Under the pieces are notes generated by a model. The model ran no database searches and had not been told where the DNA came from. It was given only the letters and a program-made list of their open reading frames with translations. 64,000 nucleotides of DNA from assembly GCF_018350175.1 (NCBI RefSeq), contig NC_058369.1:11906001-11970000 (forward strand), given 5' to 3'. The position numbers and the translations under genes were made by a program. Positions 1 through 12,095 of the stretch are shown here, in pieces (positions within the stretch are counted from its first letter, which is position 1; every line of letters begins with the position of its first letter). Source of the DNA: Felis catus. Taxonomy: Eukaryota.

Positions 1-480
1 TACAATGAAAATGATTTTTCTCACCTTTCCATCTCCCATTGACTGGATCCAGGATATTTTGTTGAATAGAAACCCATCGTGCTGATGTTTTCATGTCTTT
101 CAAAACCACCTCATGTTTGTGCTTCTGAAGTTTGTTTAAGAAGTCCTTCTCCACTCCTACATCAACAGAAGTATTTTCCGACACCTTCTCCTATTACCTT
201 CAGGGCATTGTGTTTCATATTTAAGTCTTGAATCCACCTGGATTCCACCCGTGTGTATGGCCGTAGGCAGAAATTCAGATTTGCTTTGCTTCATAAAAGG
301 GCCAGTTTTCCCACCACGGACTCCTAAACCATCCATCTTTTCTCTTGGATTTGTGCTCCCACCTGTATCAAGTTTTGAATCACGCTGGGGTACTTTCTGA
401 GGTATGTAGCCAACTTGATCTGTGTCTGTGGCTGCTCCAGGGTCACACCTGAAAATGACAACGATGTGTATGAGGTCTAT
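1..480 (-). mobile_element. Old L1 ORF2 3' fragment
   Basis: Reverse strand GGATTCAAGACTTAAATATGAAAC...GGACTTCTTAAACAA resembles the L1 ORF2 C-terminal region. Confidence 0.55.
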
Positions 481-794
481 CATGGGTCTCCACACCTGCC
501 AGGGCATTTCTCTCCTAGTTAACCCATTTTTTTGAAAGACTGGTATGGTTTTGCACTGACTTTATTTTCCAGAAGGAACTTAAGGAAACTTTTATCAAAT
601 GTACGTTTGATTCACTGTAGCCGAACACGCAGGTATACTGACGATGTAATCATTACCATATTCGCTCATCCACCTGAGAGAGTGGATTGTCCTTCGTGTA
701 TTCAGATAGCCATCGACATTTTTACTAATGGTTAACATTTCTGAATCTGGAGGTATTGCTTGTGTTTGATTAGTTCCTAGATATCGTATAACAG

Positions 795-1060
795 AAGTTG
801 TCAAAGTGTGATATGAGGACCCTGGGGTCCCGGAGACCGTTTCTGGGGGACCATCAGGTGCTTACTTTTCCAATGAAGGTGAGGATGTATTTTCATCATA
901 TCCTTGACTAAAACAACATGTTGCCACAGGCTGAATGAAGAAGCAGAATGAGCATCAATTGGTCTCCAATCCAAATTTGTTAAAATGTTTTTTTTAAAGC
1001 CACTCTTCTCACTAAGTGTTAATTTTGTAAATGTACTTACTTTCCTAAAAACATGTTACT
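795..1060. mobile_element. hAT-Charlie-type DNA transposon fragment
   Basis: caaagtgtg...ggaccctggggtccc and gctgaatgaagaagcaga...gccactcttctcactaa motifs. Confidence 0.5.
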
Positions 1061-1179
1061 TATATTGACAGTTTGACTTATATTACAGTTTGAACAGGTT
1101 GACCTTTCTTTCTTTCCTCTCTCCCACCTTCCCTCCCTACCGCCCTTCCTTCTTCCTTCCCTCTTTCCTTTCTTCCTTC

Positions 1180-1372
1180 CTTCTTTTTTTCTAGGGAGAA
1201 GAGAGAGAACATGTGCAAGTGCGGGGTGGGTAGAGAGAGAGAGAGGATATCGTAAGCACGCTCAATGCTCAGTATTGATGCCAACATGGGGCTTGATCTC
1301 ACGACTGTGAGATCATGACCTGGGCAGAAATCAAGGGTCAGACCATTAACCAACTGAGCCTTCAGGTGTCCC
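1180..1372 (-). mobile_element. CAN-SINE (older)
   Basis: (GA)n tract, gagatcatgacctg, ctgagcc...caggtgtccc head. Confidence 0.85.
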
Positions 1373-1955
1373 ATGAATGTATCCATACTACATATTTTCA
1401 GACACTCTCAGTGTTAACTTCTAATATGGTGAAAACGGAGAGTTGTACTGCACCCAAACAGGAACTCATCAGAGTCTCACATTTTCTTGAGTGTTAAGAA
1501 ATCACCAGACCACAATGTTGGCGAGCCGTGTCTTTACAGTTAGTGTCACCACTGGGAATGTTATCTTAGTTTTGCTTAAAGCTTATACTTTGAATGATTA
1601 CTGCTGGAGTAATTCTGTGAGAAATACTGAGTGTCGCGAGCCGATCTTGTCTTCTGCAGACTGTGCTCTCTATTGCTGTGGTAACTTATGTCTTCATTCT
1701 TTACTTTTTCTGGGTGAAGGAGCATGTCTCTTTCCTTCCCATCCATACATACCTTCTTTCTTTTTCTTATTTATAGCACCGCTCATGACTTTCAGTTCCA
1801 TGCTAAAGAACAGCAGAACCAGTGAGTATCCGGGTCACTTTCCCAATCCTAACATACTCCGTCTGTACTCTCCCCAGGGTATATTGTTGTATAGACTCAT
1901 GATTGTCATGCTGGTCACCTTCATTCCCCTTCTGATCTCACCAGATGCAGCACCC

Positions 1956-2906
1956 ATGGCTGGTCAGAACTACAGCATGGTGACTGAGTTCATCCTCGTG
2001 GGATTCTCTAACTTCCCACGGCATCTTCTGCCCGCCTTCTTCCTGCTGTACCTGCTCATGTACCTGTTCACGCTGCTGGGGAACCTGCTCATCATGGCCA
2101 CAGTCTGGAGCGAGCGCAGCCTGCACACGCCCATGTACCTCTTCCTGTGCGCCCTGTCCACCTCCGAAATTCTGTTCACCGTTGCCATCACCCCTCGCAT
2201 GCTGGTTGACATGCTCTCCACCCACCACACCATCACCTGGGCGGCCTGTGCCAGCCAGATGTTTTTCTCCTTCACGTTTGGCTTCACACACTCCTTCCTG
2301 CTCATGATCATGGGCTACGACCGCTATGTGGCCATCTGCCACCCCCTGCGCTACAATGTGCTCATGAGCCCCCGTGGCTGTGCCCGCCTTGTGTCCTGGT
2401 CCTGGGCCGGTGGCTCAGTCATAGGGATGATGTCGACCCTGATAGTTTTTCACCTCACCTTCTGTGGGTGTAATGTGATCCACCATTTTCTATGCCATGT
2501 GTTTTCCCTCTTGAAATTGGCCTGTGGGAAAGAAACAGCCTCCGTCACCTTGGCTGTGATCCTGGTGTGTGTCTTAGCTCTGATGGGCTGTTTATTCCTC
2601 ATCGTCCTCTCCTATGTCTTCATCGTGGCCGCCATATTGCGGATCCCCTCTGCTGAGGGCAGGCACAAGACCTTCTCCACGTGTGTGTCCCACCTCACGG
2701 TGGTCATTGTGCACTACAGTTTTGCCTCCATTATCTACCTCAAGCCCAAGGGCCCCCATTCTATGGACAGTAACACCCTGATGGCCACCACCTATATAGT
2801 CTTCACCCCCTTTCTCAGCCCAATCATTTTCAGCCTCAGAAATAAGGAACTCAAGAATGCCATAAAGAAAAGCTTCCAGAGAAAATTCAGTCCCCTAAGC
2901 TCCTGA
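1956..2906 (+). CDS. Olfactory receptor, family 10 subfamily H (OR10H3/OR10H4-like), intact, 316 aa
   Basis: MAGQNYSMVTEF...LHTPMYLFL...MGYDRYVAICHPLRY...KTFSTCVSHL...PFLSPIIFSLRNKELK; single coding exon; Kozak cccATGG at 1956; splice acceptor ctcaccag ends at 1944; C-terminal half resembles recalled human OR10H3/4; AATAAA at 3289. Confidence 0.95.
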   Translation: MAGQNYSMVTEFILVGFSNFPRHLLPAFFLLYLLMYLFTLLGNLLIMATVWSERSLHTPMYLFLCALSTSEILFTVAITPRMLVDMLSTHHTITWAACASQMFFSFTFGFTHSFLLMIMGYDRYVAICHPLRYNVLMSPRGCARLVSWSWAGGSVIGMMSTLIVFHLTFCGCNVIHHFLCHVFSLLKLACGKETASVTLAVILVCVLALMGCLFLIVLSYVFIVAAILRIPSAEGRHKTFSTCVSHLTVVIVHYSFASIIYLKPKGPHSMDSNTLMATTYIVFTPFLSPIIFSLRNKELKNAIKKSFQRKFSPLSS

Positions 2907-4404
2907 CGGACAGTTTGGCGGTGAGAAAAATGACAGTAGGGTTGGGGATGATAAGGTCCATCTCCATAATACTGATGTAGGGATTCAATGTAAGAAAATA
3001 CTGAGTAAGTATTGTTGGATGCATCAATAGGTGTTGGATACCTGCTGCGTATTTGCTTTATCCAAGCTGTTTGCGCCTTTCTTGCATAGGTTCTAACAAT
3101 GATGATCTCTTGTTTAAGACCCCATGTGATGAACTCCATCCCATTCTGTTTAACAATGTGCTATCTAGCTATGGTTTGGAGGGAGATTCACCGGATGTGT
3201 CGGGCACTGATGCCCATGGTTTTTCTTGAATGGAGAATCAGGGGAAGACTTTCCTTTCTCTACCATAAGGATAAACAAAAATAAGCATAATAAAAAATGC
3301 CACCAGAATTGGGGCTTTTCTTTCAGACACTGGGTCCAGTGTGTTATATACCCCTTAATATAAAAATGTACAAAAAGTAAATAAACTATTTCTCTCCAAG
3401 AAGCTGGTTGACTGTGTATAATTGCTTCTGCCTTTGTAAGGGATAGAGTCTAAGGGATATTTTCTACCTTGATCTGTGTTGAGTGAAGGATGTCAGAATG
3501 TGAAGTGAAGGGAAAGAGGAAGAGACAGAGGAAGGGAGGAAGGGAGAGGAAGAGAGAGAGGGGAGGAGAGGGTTCAGTGCTTGGATAAGAACACACAGAA
3601 TGTCAAAAGGGTGTTGCTATCTGGCATCTTATGGAAATCCTTTTCCATTTTTCCCCAATTACTTTCAATAAAACATAGATTTCTCATTCCCATATTTACT
3701 TGAATCTACCTGCGGGATGTGTTGGAGGGCACAGTGCTATCTCAAGATGGCACAAAGAGAGGTCAAGGGTGTGGGTACCCCTTTAGGCAGATGAGAAATG
3801 TTGGTGAAGGTCACACAACATGTGAAGGAAGGGGTTACATGCAACTTTAGGTCTGTCTGACTCCCATGCTGGGGTTTGGGAAATCATATGTCTGAGGATC
3901 CACAAGGGGGTCTTCTGTTGGTGTAAATTCTTACTTAAACTGTAGCCAGATATTTGAGCTGCAGGCAGAGGATGCTTCATAATAATAAACCTAAGGAGGG
4001 TTGTCACATACGAGTGCCTGCTGTTTGCCCAATGTTGTGTGAAGGGTTTCTGATGCATTCATTCTTCAGACTCTCAAATTATTCTTTCTCCACATTTAGA
4101 TATGACTCACATCTATGCCTATTCATGTTTTTGAAATGCAGAAAATGCAAATCTGATGGGTAATTTGTCCCAGGCCACAATGTACTCGTGTGTGCAGTTG
4201 GTGATCAAGAACCCACCTCTCAGGTGTCTGCAGAGAGAAGTGAGGTCATGACTAGGAGGAGAAGGCTGTCATTAGAAGGAAGAGACCCCTTTCAGGGAAG
4301 GAGGGCAGGTGCAGCCCTAGGCACACACCCCTTTCACACAGCCAGAGGGAAACACGGACTCCAGAGGAGTTCATGAGACCCTTGTCTCATGAACACTGAC
4401 AACG

Positions 4405-4770
4405 AGAGCTTGGCAAAACTGGCTATGGCAGTTTTGGGGTTCCATTCATTATTTTGCTCATTATCGGTGTTACTGATGGATGCCCCCACCATTCCTAAGA
4501 TGTGCTTCTCCAGAGCCTGTGGCTGCGTTCCCTTACCCAGCAAGAGAGAGTGTGCAGATGAGATGCAGTTAAGATCTGAGACAGGGGGATTGCCCTTATC
4601 ACCCAGATGGGCTGCTATAATTGCAAGTGTCCTTATACAAGGGGGCAGAAGGGGCCAGAGACAGGGAGCAGTAGGGGATGTGACACCGGAAGGAGGAATT
4701 GGAGTAGCTGAGGCAGGAACCACGAGCCAGGGGATGCATGGTGCCCTCGAAGCTGGGAAAGCAGGAGACA
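4405..4770 (+). mobile_element. MLT1-type (ERVL-MaLR) LTR fragment
   Basis: gcagatgagatgcagttaag...ccttatacaagggggcagaagg...gaagctgggaaagcagga. Confidence 0.6.
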
Positions 4771-5259
4771 CATCCCTCCCCGGATCCCCCGAAGGACACA
4801 GGCCTGCTCACACACCTCATTGTGCCCAGTGCTTGCAGACCTCTGGGCCTGGGGCAGGCCGGTGCAGGGGGAGCCCAGCTTTGTGTGTGGCTACGACTGT
4901 TCCTGTGTACAAGGGTCATTTATTTCCACAGAGTGTGCGGGATTTTGCTAAGTTTTCTGGGGGGCGGGGAGGTAAACCCTCGGCTCTTGATGCTCTTAGC
5001 ACTGGCACATGGTGCAGAGACCTTGTGTGTGCACTGCAGGGTAGCTTGTATGAGTTATTTGTACTTAGCAGGATTGCCATACAGGACAGCACACATCGGT
5101 TCTCCTTTCCCCGGTTAACCTCCCCACTAGGATGCGAGCTCCTGGGGGCAGGGACTCTGTCTGGACACCATCACAGCTCCTCCATGCTTGGCACACAGTA
5201 GGTTCTTAATAAATGTATGTCAACTGCCTGGAAAACTCAATCTTGTGAGTAACTAATGT

Positions 5260-6075
5260 TCTAGTGCGATTACAATACATTTTAGATTATAGTATGCTAT
5301 AATTGTGTTGTTCCATTTTATAAAATACAATATGTATTGAACTATATATATTTTATACTGTGATATTGTATATAATATATATAATATACAATATTATATG
5401 GCAAATGTCAACACAATATATAATATACTATATTAATATGGCCTATAATAACATAATATATAATACAGTATATATTTCATATATTGTATAATATATATTA
5501 TATTTCCATATATGAATATAATTAACATAATTACATGACATGATAATATAAAAAATAAAAATATATTTGATGTAATAATATATTAAATAATTTATTATGT
5601 ATTTTATATATTATTATTATTTTATTATTTTTATATTATTACACACTTTTAACATTAATAAATCAAAGTATTTTTCATACATAATGTATATACTTATGTT
5701 ACATATAAAATGTAATATAATTAAATTTTATAATTGTATATTATTATTACATGCTTTTAATATTAATAAATTATAGTATTTTTCATATGCAATGCATTTA
5801 CTTATGTTACATATAAAATGTAATATAATTTAATTTTATAAATGCAATGATAATATGTAATCATTAATATATCATATAATAAAAACACAGTATATATTCT
5901 TATAATATATATGATTATATATTAATGTGATATTATATATAATACATTATCTGTTATGTATATTATATAATGTTATATAATATATTGTACAATAATAATT
6001 TTTAAAAATGTAATGCAACATAACATATAATATCATATTACATTATATTATTGATTCATATGAAGATATTTATTA
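5260..6075. repeat. AT-rich low-complexity tract containing a ~108-bp tandem duplication
   Basis: Near-pure A/T; cttatgttacatataaaatgtaatataa at 5693 and 5801. Confidence 0.9.
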
Positions 6076-6134
6076 TAGAAAGAAATAAGGAACCAACCCA
6101 ACATTGGTTTGGAGTTTTGGGGAAGTACTGTTCT

Positions 6135-6348
6135 TTTTTTAAGTTTATTTATTTATTTTCAAAGAGAGAGAGAGAGAGAGAACAAGGTGGGAGGTGCAGA
6201 GAGAGAGGGAAAGAGAGAGAATCCCAAGCAGCCTCCACACTGTCAGCACAGAGCTGATGTGGGTCTCAAATTCACAAACTCTGATGTCATGACCTGAGCC
6301 AAAAATCAAGAGTCAGACACTTAACCGAATGAGCCACCCAGGCACCCC
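6135..6348 (-). mobile_element. CAN-SINE
   Basis: T tail, (GA)n, gagccacccaggcacccc head. Confidence 0.9.
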
Positions 6349-6569
6349 TAGGAGCCCTGTTTTAAAAACTACACAAATCTATTTAACTCATGTGGATAAC
6401 ATGGTAGAGTTTTGTATAAAAAGTGGAAAGCCACCACACAATACTTACTAAGCTTGCACACAGCTCAGAGTTGATGTAGCATACAGGACACAGTGATTGT
6501 AAGATTTACAATATCCTTTCAAAAATGGAATGTCAACCAGCACCAGATTGTTCCAATTCAACTTAAAAA

Positions 6570-6835
6570 ACTTTTTTTTATTTAAAAAAATTTATTATTT
6601 TTTATTATAATATTATCTATATATTTATCTATATATTTATCTATATATTTATATAGATAATATATTATATTATATATTATATATTATTATATATATTATA
6701 ATATATTATATTATATTACATATAAATATATATTTATATATATGTAAATATATATTTGTATATAAATAAATATACTTATTTATTTATTAAATATATATAT
6801 TTATAATATTTTATTATATTTTTATTTAAAATTTT
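6570..6835. repeat. (TA)-rich low-complexity tract
   Basis: tatatatttatc / atatatatt repeats. Confidence 0.9.
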
Positions 6836-7038
6836 AAAAAATTTATTTATTTTTGAGAGACAGATAGAGCACGATCAGGGGAGGGGCAGAGAGAGAGGGA
6901 GACACAGAATCTGAAACAGGCTCCAGGCTCTGAGCTGTCAGCACAAAGCCCAACACAGGGCTTGAACTCATGGACTGCGAGATCATGACCTGAGCTGAAG
7001 TCGGATGCTTAACCGAGTGAGTCACCCAGGCACCCCCC
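6836..7038 (-). mobile_element. CAN-SINE (felid type)
   Basis: acagaatctgaaacaggctccaggctctgagctgtcagc...cccaggcacccc. Confidence 0.9.
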
Positions 7039-7220
7039 AATTCAACTTTTTAAAGATCCTAGCATAATTTTTTTTAACAAAAGACTAGACTTGGGTTTTT
7101 TCTTTATTTTTCCATTCCTACTTAGAAAAATGACTACAGGTACTGACAAGCTCTGAGGTGGGACTCAACCCAGGTGTGGCCGCACAGAGACCCTGAGCTC
7201 CTTCCACTTGGATTTTAAAT

Positions 7221-7533
7221 AGTAGTCATAAGAATAATTATTATTATTTTGAATTCTTACTATGCACCAGGACCCGTCTACTAAGCACTTGAGGGGCATG
7301 ACCTTACATAAACCCCAAGCAGCTCTGTGAAGCACAGACCATTATCATGAACAGCATGTGGCCAAGGGACTGGCCTTGGCCTGGGGGGTTGAGGGAGCCC
7401 CTCGAGGAAGTCCTTCCAGGCTGGGCTCCATGGAGACCCTGAGTGATGTTCACTGAGCTTTCTTCCCTCCTTTCCCAGAGGGACTGCCGCCATGCTGGGG
7501 CTACACCACAGTTCCATGTCTGAATTCCTCCTC
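7221..7533 (+). pseudogene. 5'-only relic of an OR10H1/2/5-type gene (upstream intron, acceptor, first 14 codons MLGLHHSSMSEFLL)
   Basis: gccgccATG at 7492; 7221-7533 aligns by eye with the reverse complement of about 12045-12365; OR homology stops abruptly after 7533. Confidence 0.85.
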
Positions 7534-8611
7534 ACGCATTTCCCAGTCCACTGTAGTGGAAAATTCCAACGGAATCGATATAAAGGGGGGTGAGCTGTCA
7601 GCGAGATCACATGCCGCTAACCTTTGGCAAATTACCAAGCCAACTAGACATTTCACCAGCAAAAGTTGGGTAATTAGGGAGAAATGGGTACTCTGCGTGA
7701 AAGGAAAACAAAATGTTCAAAATGCAGATACAAAGTAAAATGTGAGAGAAGATTCATTTCAGGAAATGGGAACCAGAGAGATAGGTATTGCTGTGTTGAT
7801 TTTTGAAGATCCCTGAGTGAGAGTGGGTAGATCAGAGAGTCAGTGGCACGTTGGAAACACCATCTACGTATTTTCTCTCTTCCTTGGTTTCCTTGCCTGT
7901 AGCAAACAGGCAGCTCGTTAGAGGGAATTCTACCTGTCGCGTGGTGATGCCCCCTCACCCCCTCCACATCAGGGTGACCCAGGGGGAAGAACAATAGACT
8001 CCCAAGGCAGCAAGCCTGGTTCCTCCTGGGTCCACTTTGAAGTCAGATCTGACCAAGGTGCATTCAGCAGACCAGTGCAGCTCAGCAAGGTCATGACAAT
8101 GCCACACATTCGTGGGCAGGTAAGGAAGAAGCCTTATAGTCGATGTCACGTGGAAACTGTCTAAAACCGAACACCTGTGTTCTCTGCACCACATTCGTGT
8201 CCAGGCTCTGAGCCATCGGCTGTCCCTTTCCCCAAAGATACCATCACTACCAACAATAGGGTCTTCTCCTCTCTCCCACTCGTTTCCCCACCCAGCGGAG
8301 CCCACAGCCCCATCAGGTGAAGCCACCGCTGCTTTCCCTGCCTTGCCTGGCTTCCTCTCTCTGTTCCATGCAGAAAGAAACCTCTCTCTCTCTCTCTCTC
8401 TTCTCCATTCCCCTCCCCTGCCCCCTCTTGCCCTGCATCTTCACACCTAGTGCTCCATTCAGAAATAAGTTTTATTCCTATGACTTCAAAGGCAGCAGGA
8501 AATTATAAATAACAAGACATTTTTTGTTGGCACAAATTGCCTTCCTCCCCCCCCCCCCCCATTTTCAGGTTTTTAGGAGTAAAGAAATGCTATCTTAAAA
8601 GTACTCAATAT

Positions 8612-8820
8612 AGGGGCATTAGGGTGGTTCAGTCGGTTAAGCGTCCAACTTTCGGCTCAGGTCATGATTTTCAAGGTTTTGTGAGTTCAAGCCCTGAAAA
8701 AAGCTCTCTGTTGTCAGCACAGAGCCAACTTTGGATCCTCTGTCCCCCTGCCCTCTCTGCCCCTCTCCCACTCGCGGACATGCTCTCTCTCAAAAAAAAA
8801 AAAACATTAAAAAAATACAA
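8612..8820 (+). mobile_element. CAN-SINE
   Basis: ggggca..gggtggttcagtcggttaagcgtcc head, (CT)n, A tail. Confidence 0.9.
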
Positions 8821-9039
8821 AAATAATGAATATAACATAATGCTCAACACATAGTATATATTCATATAGTGACTATGACTAACTGTTACCATTGCTAGAC
8901 CAGCATCAGTGACAGCAGCCCAAGAGCCAGAAATAATGCTACTATTTGCTAATTCAATCCCACACATATGCGTGGGGTGACTTCCCTTTCCCCACATCCT
9001 TATATAACCACAGGTATGGAGAACCGATGAAAGTTCACA

Positions 9040-10107
9040 GACATGGTCATTGTCAAGGAGATGAACCCAGCCAAAACTAACATTCACCCCTACTTCACAC
9101 TATGTTCAAAAATTAACTCCACGTGGACCAAAGACTTAAATGTAAGAACTGAAATTATAATGTTCTTAGAGGACAACATAGCTGTGAATCTCCGTGACCT
9201 TGGACTAAGCAATAGTTTCGTAGACATGACACCAAAAGCGTAAGCAACAAAAGAAAACAATGCATAGATTGGATGTCATCAGAATAAAAATCTCCTGTCC
9301 TGCAAAGGATACCAACAGGTTCGTGAAAAGACAAGTCAGAATGCGAGACAATATTTGAAACTCATAGATCTGCTAAGGGCCTTGTAACCAGAAACTCTAA
9401 ACAATTAGCCACAACTTAACAAAGAGACAACCCGATTTTAAAACTGGGTGAAGTATCAAGGGCAGTTCTCCAAGAACACACAGAAATGGGCACCAAGCAT
9501 GTGATGAGATGCACAACGTGATTACTCATTAGGGAAATGCAAGTCAGAACCACCAAGAGATAAACTTCACAGCACGGAGATAGCTACGATAAACAGGACA
9601 GATAACCAGTGCTGGCAAAGATGTGGAGACGTTTGAACCCTTCTGCACTGCTGGTGAGGATACAGAATGGTGCAGCCACTTTGGAAAAGAGTCTGGAACA
9701 TTCTTCATAATTAAACATAGAGGTACCATTGCATCCAGAAACCCCACTCCTTGGTATATACGCAATAGTACGAAACTATATATTCAAGCAAAAACCTTGT
9801 ACACAAACATTCATAGTGGCAATATTCAAAATAGCAAAAATAGAAACCCTGAGATGCTCACCAAGCGATGAACAGACACATGAAGTCCAGTATGTCCACA
9901 CAATGGAATAGTGTCTGGCAATAAAGAGGAATGAGGTTCTGGGGCGCCTGGGTGGCTCAGTTGGTTAAGGGTCCGACTTCAGCTCAGGTCATGATCTCCA
10001 AGTCCATGACTTCGAGCCCCGCGTTGGGCTCTGTGCTGATGGCTCAGAGCCTGGAGCCTCCTTCACATTCTGTATCTCCCTCTCTCTCTGCCCCTCCCCC
10101 ACTCACC

Positions 10108-10151
<44 letters not shown>

Positions 10152-10945
10152 TTCTCTGTCAAAAAAATAAATAAATATTAAAAAAAAGATGGGGCTCCTG
10201 GGTGGCTCAGTCAGTAAGCATATGACTTGGGCTCAGGTCACAATCTCATGGTTAGTGAGTTCAAGCCCTGTATGGAGTTCTGTGCTGACAGCTCAGAGCC
10301 CAGAGCCTGCTTCAGATTCTGTGTCTCCCTCTCTCTCTGCCCCTCCCCAACTCGTACTCTGTCTGTCTCTCTCAAAAATAAACATTAAAAATTTTTTTAT
10401 AAAAAGGAATGAGGTTCTGATACGTTCTACAACATGGAAGAAACTTGACATTATGCCAAGTGAAAGAACTCAGTCAAAAACATCCCCTAACATATACTTC
10501 CATTTGTAGGAAATGTCCAGAACAGGCAAAGTAGATGAGTGAGTCCCGGGGATGAAAGGTACAACATAGGGAATGTGTCAATGGTGTTGTAACAGCATTG
10601 TGTGATGACAGATGTATACAGTTGGCTGAGCATATGTTGTATAATTGAAACCAAGGTAACACTGTGTGGCAACTCTACTGCAATTAAAAATTTAAAAAAT
10701 ACATATTTTTTTGAAAAAAAGTGGTTTCCTAGGGCTGGGGGTTAAGGGGGTTGGGGAGGAAATGGGGAGTGACTGAATGGGAATGAGTTTCTCTTTTGGG
10801 TGACAAAGAAAATGTTTCTAATTGATCGTGGTGAGGATCGCATAACTGTGAATATACTAAAACCAACTGAATCGAGTACTTTAAATAGATGAATTATACG
10901 GCACATGGACTATATCTCAGTAATGCTGTTTAATTATAAAATAAA
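9040..10945 (+). mobile_element. Old L1 3' region interrupted by two SINEs and a short younger L1 3' end
   Basis: ccctacttcacactatgttcaaaaattaactcc...aaagacttaaatgtaag; atccacacaatggaata; aactgtgaatatactaaaacc. Confidence 0.85.
9941..10395 (+). mobile_element. Two tandem CAN-SINEs inside the L1
   Basis: Heads at 9941 and 10191; shared flanking repeat aggaatgaggttct ending at 9940 and 10418. Confidence 0.9.
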
Positions 10946-11135
10946 ATTAATATCCAAGACACAAACCAAGGGAGGAAGAAGCGGAAAAGTTCACATTTAT
11001 TAGTACCTACTATGCCATGGGTGTCATCACACAAATCTATACCATTCTTACTAGGTAGGCACTATTAAGCCCACTGTACAGATGAGGGTATGGTCATCCT
11101 TCCCCTTCTTCAAAAACTGCCTCCATACTGGCCAC

Positions 11136-12095
11136 TTAGATGCTGGAGGGATGGAGTTTTCTGAGGAAGGTCTTGGTCATGGCTGTCTTCAGCTCCTTGT
11201 TCCTGAGACTGAAGATGATGGGGCTGAGGAAGGGGGTGAGGACCGTGTAGGTGATGGCCATCAGGGTGTCTCTTTCCAGATACTGGGGACCCTTGGGCTT
11301 GAGGTAGACGACAGAGGCAAAGCCATAGTGCACAATGACCACAGTGAGGTGGGACGCACAGGTGGAGAAGGCCTTGTGCCGGCCCTCAGCTGAGGGGATC
11401 CTCAAGATGGTGGCCACGATGAAGGCATAGGAGAGGAGGATGAGGAGACAGCAGCCCAGCAGGGCCATGATGCACACCAGCCCCACGCCCTTGGCCACTG
11501 CTGGTACATCAGTTCCACAGGCCAGCTTCAAGAGAGGGGGCACATGACATAAAAAATGGTGGATCTCATTGGGTCCACAGAAGGTGAGGTGGAAAACGGC
11601 CGTGGTCACCACCAGCCCCGTGACCGAGCCACCTACCCAGGACCAGGCCACCAGGCAGGCGCAGCCGCGGGGGCTCATGAGCACATTGTAGCGCAGGGGG
11701 TGGCAGATGGCCACGTAGCGGTCGTAGCCCATGACGGTGAGCAGGAAGGAGTGGGTGAAGCCGAACGTGAAGGAGAAAAACATCTGGCTGGCACAGGCCG
11801 CCCAGGTGATGGTGTGGCGGGTGGAGAGCAGGTCGGCCAGCAGGCGCGGGGTGATGGCCAAGGTGTAGAGGATCTCGGAGGTGGACAGGGCACACAGGAA
11901 GAGGTACATGGGCGTGTGCAGGCTGCGCTCACTCCAGACTGTGGTCATGATGAGCAGGTTCCCCAGCAGCGTGAACAGGTACATGAGCAGGAACAGCAGG
12001 AAGAAGGCGGGCAGGAGATGCCTTGGGAAGGTGGAGAAGCCCACGAGGATGAATTCGGACACGGAGCTGTGGTTTCGGCCCAGCGTGGCAGCCAT
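11136..12095 (-). CDS. Olfactory receptor, family 10 subfamily H (OR10H1/2/5-like), intact, 319 aa
   Basis: LHTPMYLFL, MGYDRYVAICHPLRY, CHVPPLLKLAC, AKGVGLVC, KAFSTCASHL, PFLSPIIFSLRNKELK; acceptor ctcag two nt before the ATG; AATAAA on minus strand at 10996-11001. Confidence 0.95.
   Translation of the reverse strand: MAATLGRNHSSVSEFILVGFSTFPRHLLPAFFLLFLLMYLFTLLGNLLIMTTVWSERSLHTPMYLFLCALSTSEILYTLAITPRLLADLLSTRHTITWAACASQMFFSFTFGFTHSFLLTVMGYDRYVAICHPLRYNVLMSPRGCACLVAWSWVGGSVTGLVVTTAVFHLTFCGPNEIHHFLCHVPPLLKLACGTDVPAVAKGVGLVCIMALLGCCLLILLSYAFIVATILRIPSAEGRHKAFSTCASHLTVVIVHYGFASVVYLKPKGPQYLERDTLMAITYTVLTPFLSPIIFSLRNKELKTAMTKTFLRKLHPSSI

Noticed and set aside
1491..1955. 155-aa N-terminal extension of the first OR ORF
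   Set aside because: Non-ATG start in L1-like intronic sequence; a splice acceptor at 1944 and a Kozak ATG at 1956 define the normal-length OR
4389..5201. 270-aa ORF
   Set aside because: Runs through MLT1 and L2-like repeat sequence; no protein motif
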